Assembly (NCBI GenBank): GCA_902799075.1
Contig: CADBYZ010000004.1
Location: forward strand, 1,294 to 65,293
Source of the DNA: Oscillospiraceae bacterium
GTDB lineage: Bacteria > Bacillota > Clostridia > Oscillospirales > Oscillospiraceae
DNA: 64,000 bases
Direction of reading: 5' to 3'
A model generated the notes under the pieces. The model was not told where the DNA came from. It was given only the letters and a program-made list of their open reading frames with translations, and did not search any database. The position numbers and the translations under genes were made by a program. This document shows positions 63,246 through 64,000 of the stretch, piece by piece (position 1 is the first letter of the stretch; each line of letters begins with the position of its first letter).

Positions 63246-63293
63246 CGAAATAACAGCGCGGGACCGCCCCTGATCTGTTCATCCGCAAAAAGG

Positions 63294-63341
63294 CCCCGGT
63301 GATACGCCATATCGCACGTTTTCACCGGGGATTTCATTTTC
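63294..63341 (+). terminator. hairpin terminator candidate
   Basis: CCCCGGTGA..(19-nt loop)..TCACCGGGG followed by ATTTCATTTTC. Confidence 0.5.
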
Positions 63342-63380
63342 ATTGCAGGAACCTGTATTATAATGTACTGCATCCATGCC

Positions 63381-63416
63381 AAAACAGAACACAGACCCTG
63401 CTTTCGCAGGGCCTGT
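63381..63416 (-). terminator. intrinsic terminator of the gene entering from the right edge
   Basis: On the minus strand: CAGGCCCTGC-gaaa-GCAGGGTCTG followed by TGTTCTGTTTTGG. Confidence 0.65.
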
Positions 63417-63468
63417 GCGTGGTTCACTGATTGTCAGGATCAGTGATTAGATTCTGTTGCGTGATTGA

Positions 63469-64000
63469 TCAGGAAGCAAAGCCCATGGCAACCAGAGCGG
63501 GGTAAGCGTCAATGGCGACATCCCCATTAGCGGTGCTGCCCATGGCGTACTGGCTCCAGGTGGTGGAATCCTTGCCAGGGATGAAGAGCTGGCCGCCATT
63601 GAGGAAATCTTCGAAGCCGAACTCGTCGTACTTGTCCATGCCCCAATCGACCATGTCGTAGTACAGAGTCTCACCGGCGTCGTTAACAGCCTTCTGAGCC
63701 TTCAGAGCAGCGAGACCCCAAACCAGGGACTCGAGGCCCTTCTGAGCCTTGGCGCTGTTGACAGCCTTGGTAGCAGCATCGGAGAAGGCCTTCAGGTACT
63801 TCTCGGGATTGTAGGTGCCGTTGTCAGCATCGTACCAGCCGTTCTTGTTGGAGTCGAGCTCCTTCATGATCTCAGCACCGATGGTCTGCTTGATGAAGAC
63901 TCTGACGTTGTCGACGAGATCGTCGTGGTAGATGGTGGTGCCAGCGATCTTGACGCTGTCAACGCCGTCGAACATGTTCTTGGCAAGGCCGTCGGCCAGA
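63469..64000 (-). CDS. hypothetical protein, C-terminal part (5' end outside window)
   Basis: The frame stays open to the window edge beyond the track start at 63975. Codon usage resembles the highly expressed BMP gene. No family recognised. Confidence 0.45.
   Translation of the reverse strand, partial: LADGLAKNMFDGVDSVKIAGTTIYHDDLVDNVRVFIKQTIGAEIMKELDSNKNGWYDADNGTYNPEKYLKAFSDAATKAVNSAKAQKGLESLVWGLAALKAQKAVNDAGETLYYDMVDWGMDKYDEFGFEDFLNGGQLFIPGKDSTTWSQYAMGSTANGDVAIDAYPALVAMGFAS

Overview
This is a 64-kb GC-rich chromosomal backbone segment. Gene order, Gram-positive-type housekeeping genes and repeat content suggest a Firmicutes/Clostridia genome, possibly Oscillospiraceae/Ruminococcaceae-like; that placement is inference only. 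I support about 58 protein genes, mostly housekeeping: pepT, ylmH, an OmpR/histidine-kinase pair, DUF1385-prmC, recA-recX-rimO-pgsA, cysS, ugd plus a UDP-GlcA epimerase, CapA, rarA, nth, an ACT/UPF0210 pair, psd-pssA, acyP, proS, rpmB, hprK-murB-rapZ-whiA-dnaE, and a BMP-type nucleoside ABC transporter plus psuG. There are also two envelope-glycan loci. I recognised no rRNA, tRNA, CRISPR array, transposase, integrase or phage genes. The points most worth a second look are these. (1) An 864-aa EF-G/TetM-family GTPase is fused in frame to a Rae1/YacP-type NYN RNase domain, and its gene overlaps a downstream ylmH, making a candidate ribosome-rescue/quality-control module. (2) A stand-alone double-glycine-leader mini-protein lies 2.5 kb from a cytoplasmic C39-like papain-fold peptidase embedded in a CapA/uronic-acid locus. 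(3) A Wzx locus carries a tandem GT2-GT2 fusion and two ATP-grasp ligases. (4) A 2-hydroxyacyl-CoA-dehydratase-like pair has no activator gene nearby and sits next to a divergent minimal P-loop gene. (5) psuG appears to have lost a conserved N-terminal motif by an in-frame deletion. (6) At least four families of structured intergenic repeats are present, including hairpins whose arms are heptanucleotide microsatellites and a 150-bp MITE-like element. (7) A consensus promoter is followed about 60 nt later by an intrinsic terminator, with no recognisable product. All calls were made by eye from the six-frame track and motif recognition. No database search, folding or statistics were run. Many long ORFs in the track are antisense shadows typical of GC-rich DNA and were discarded.
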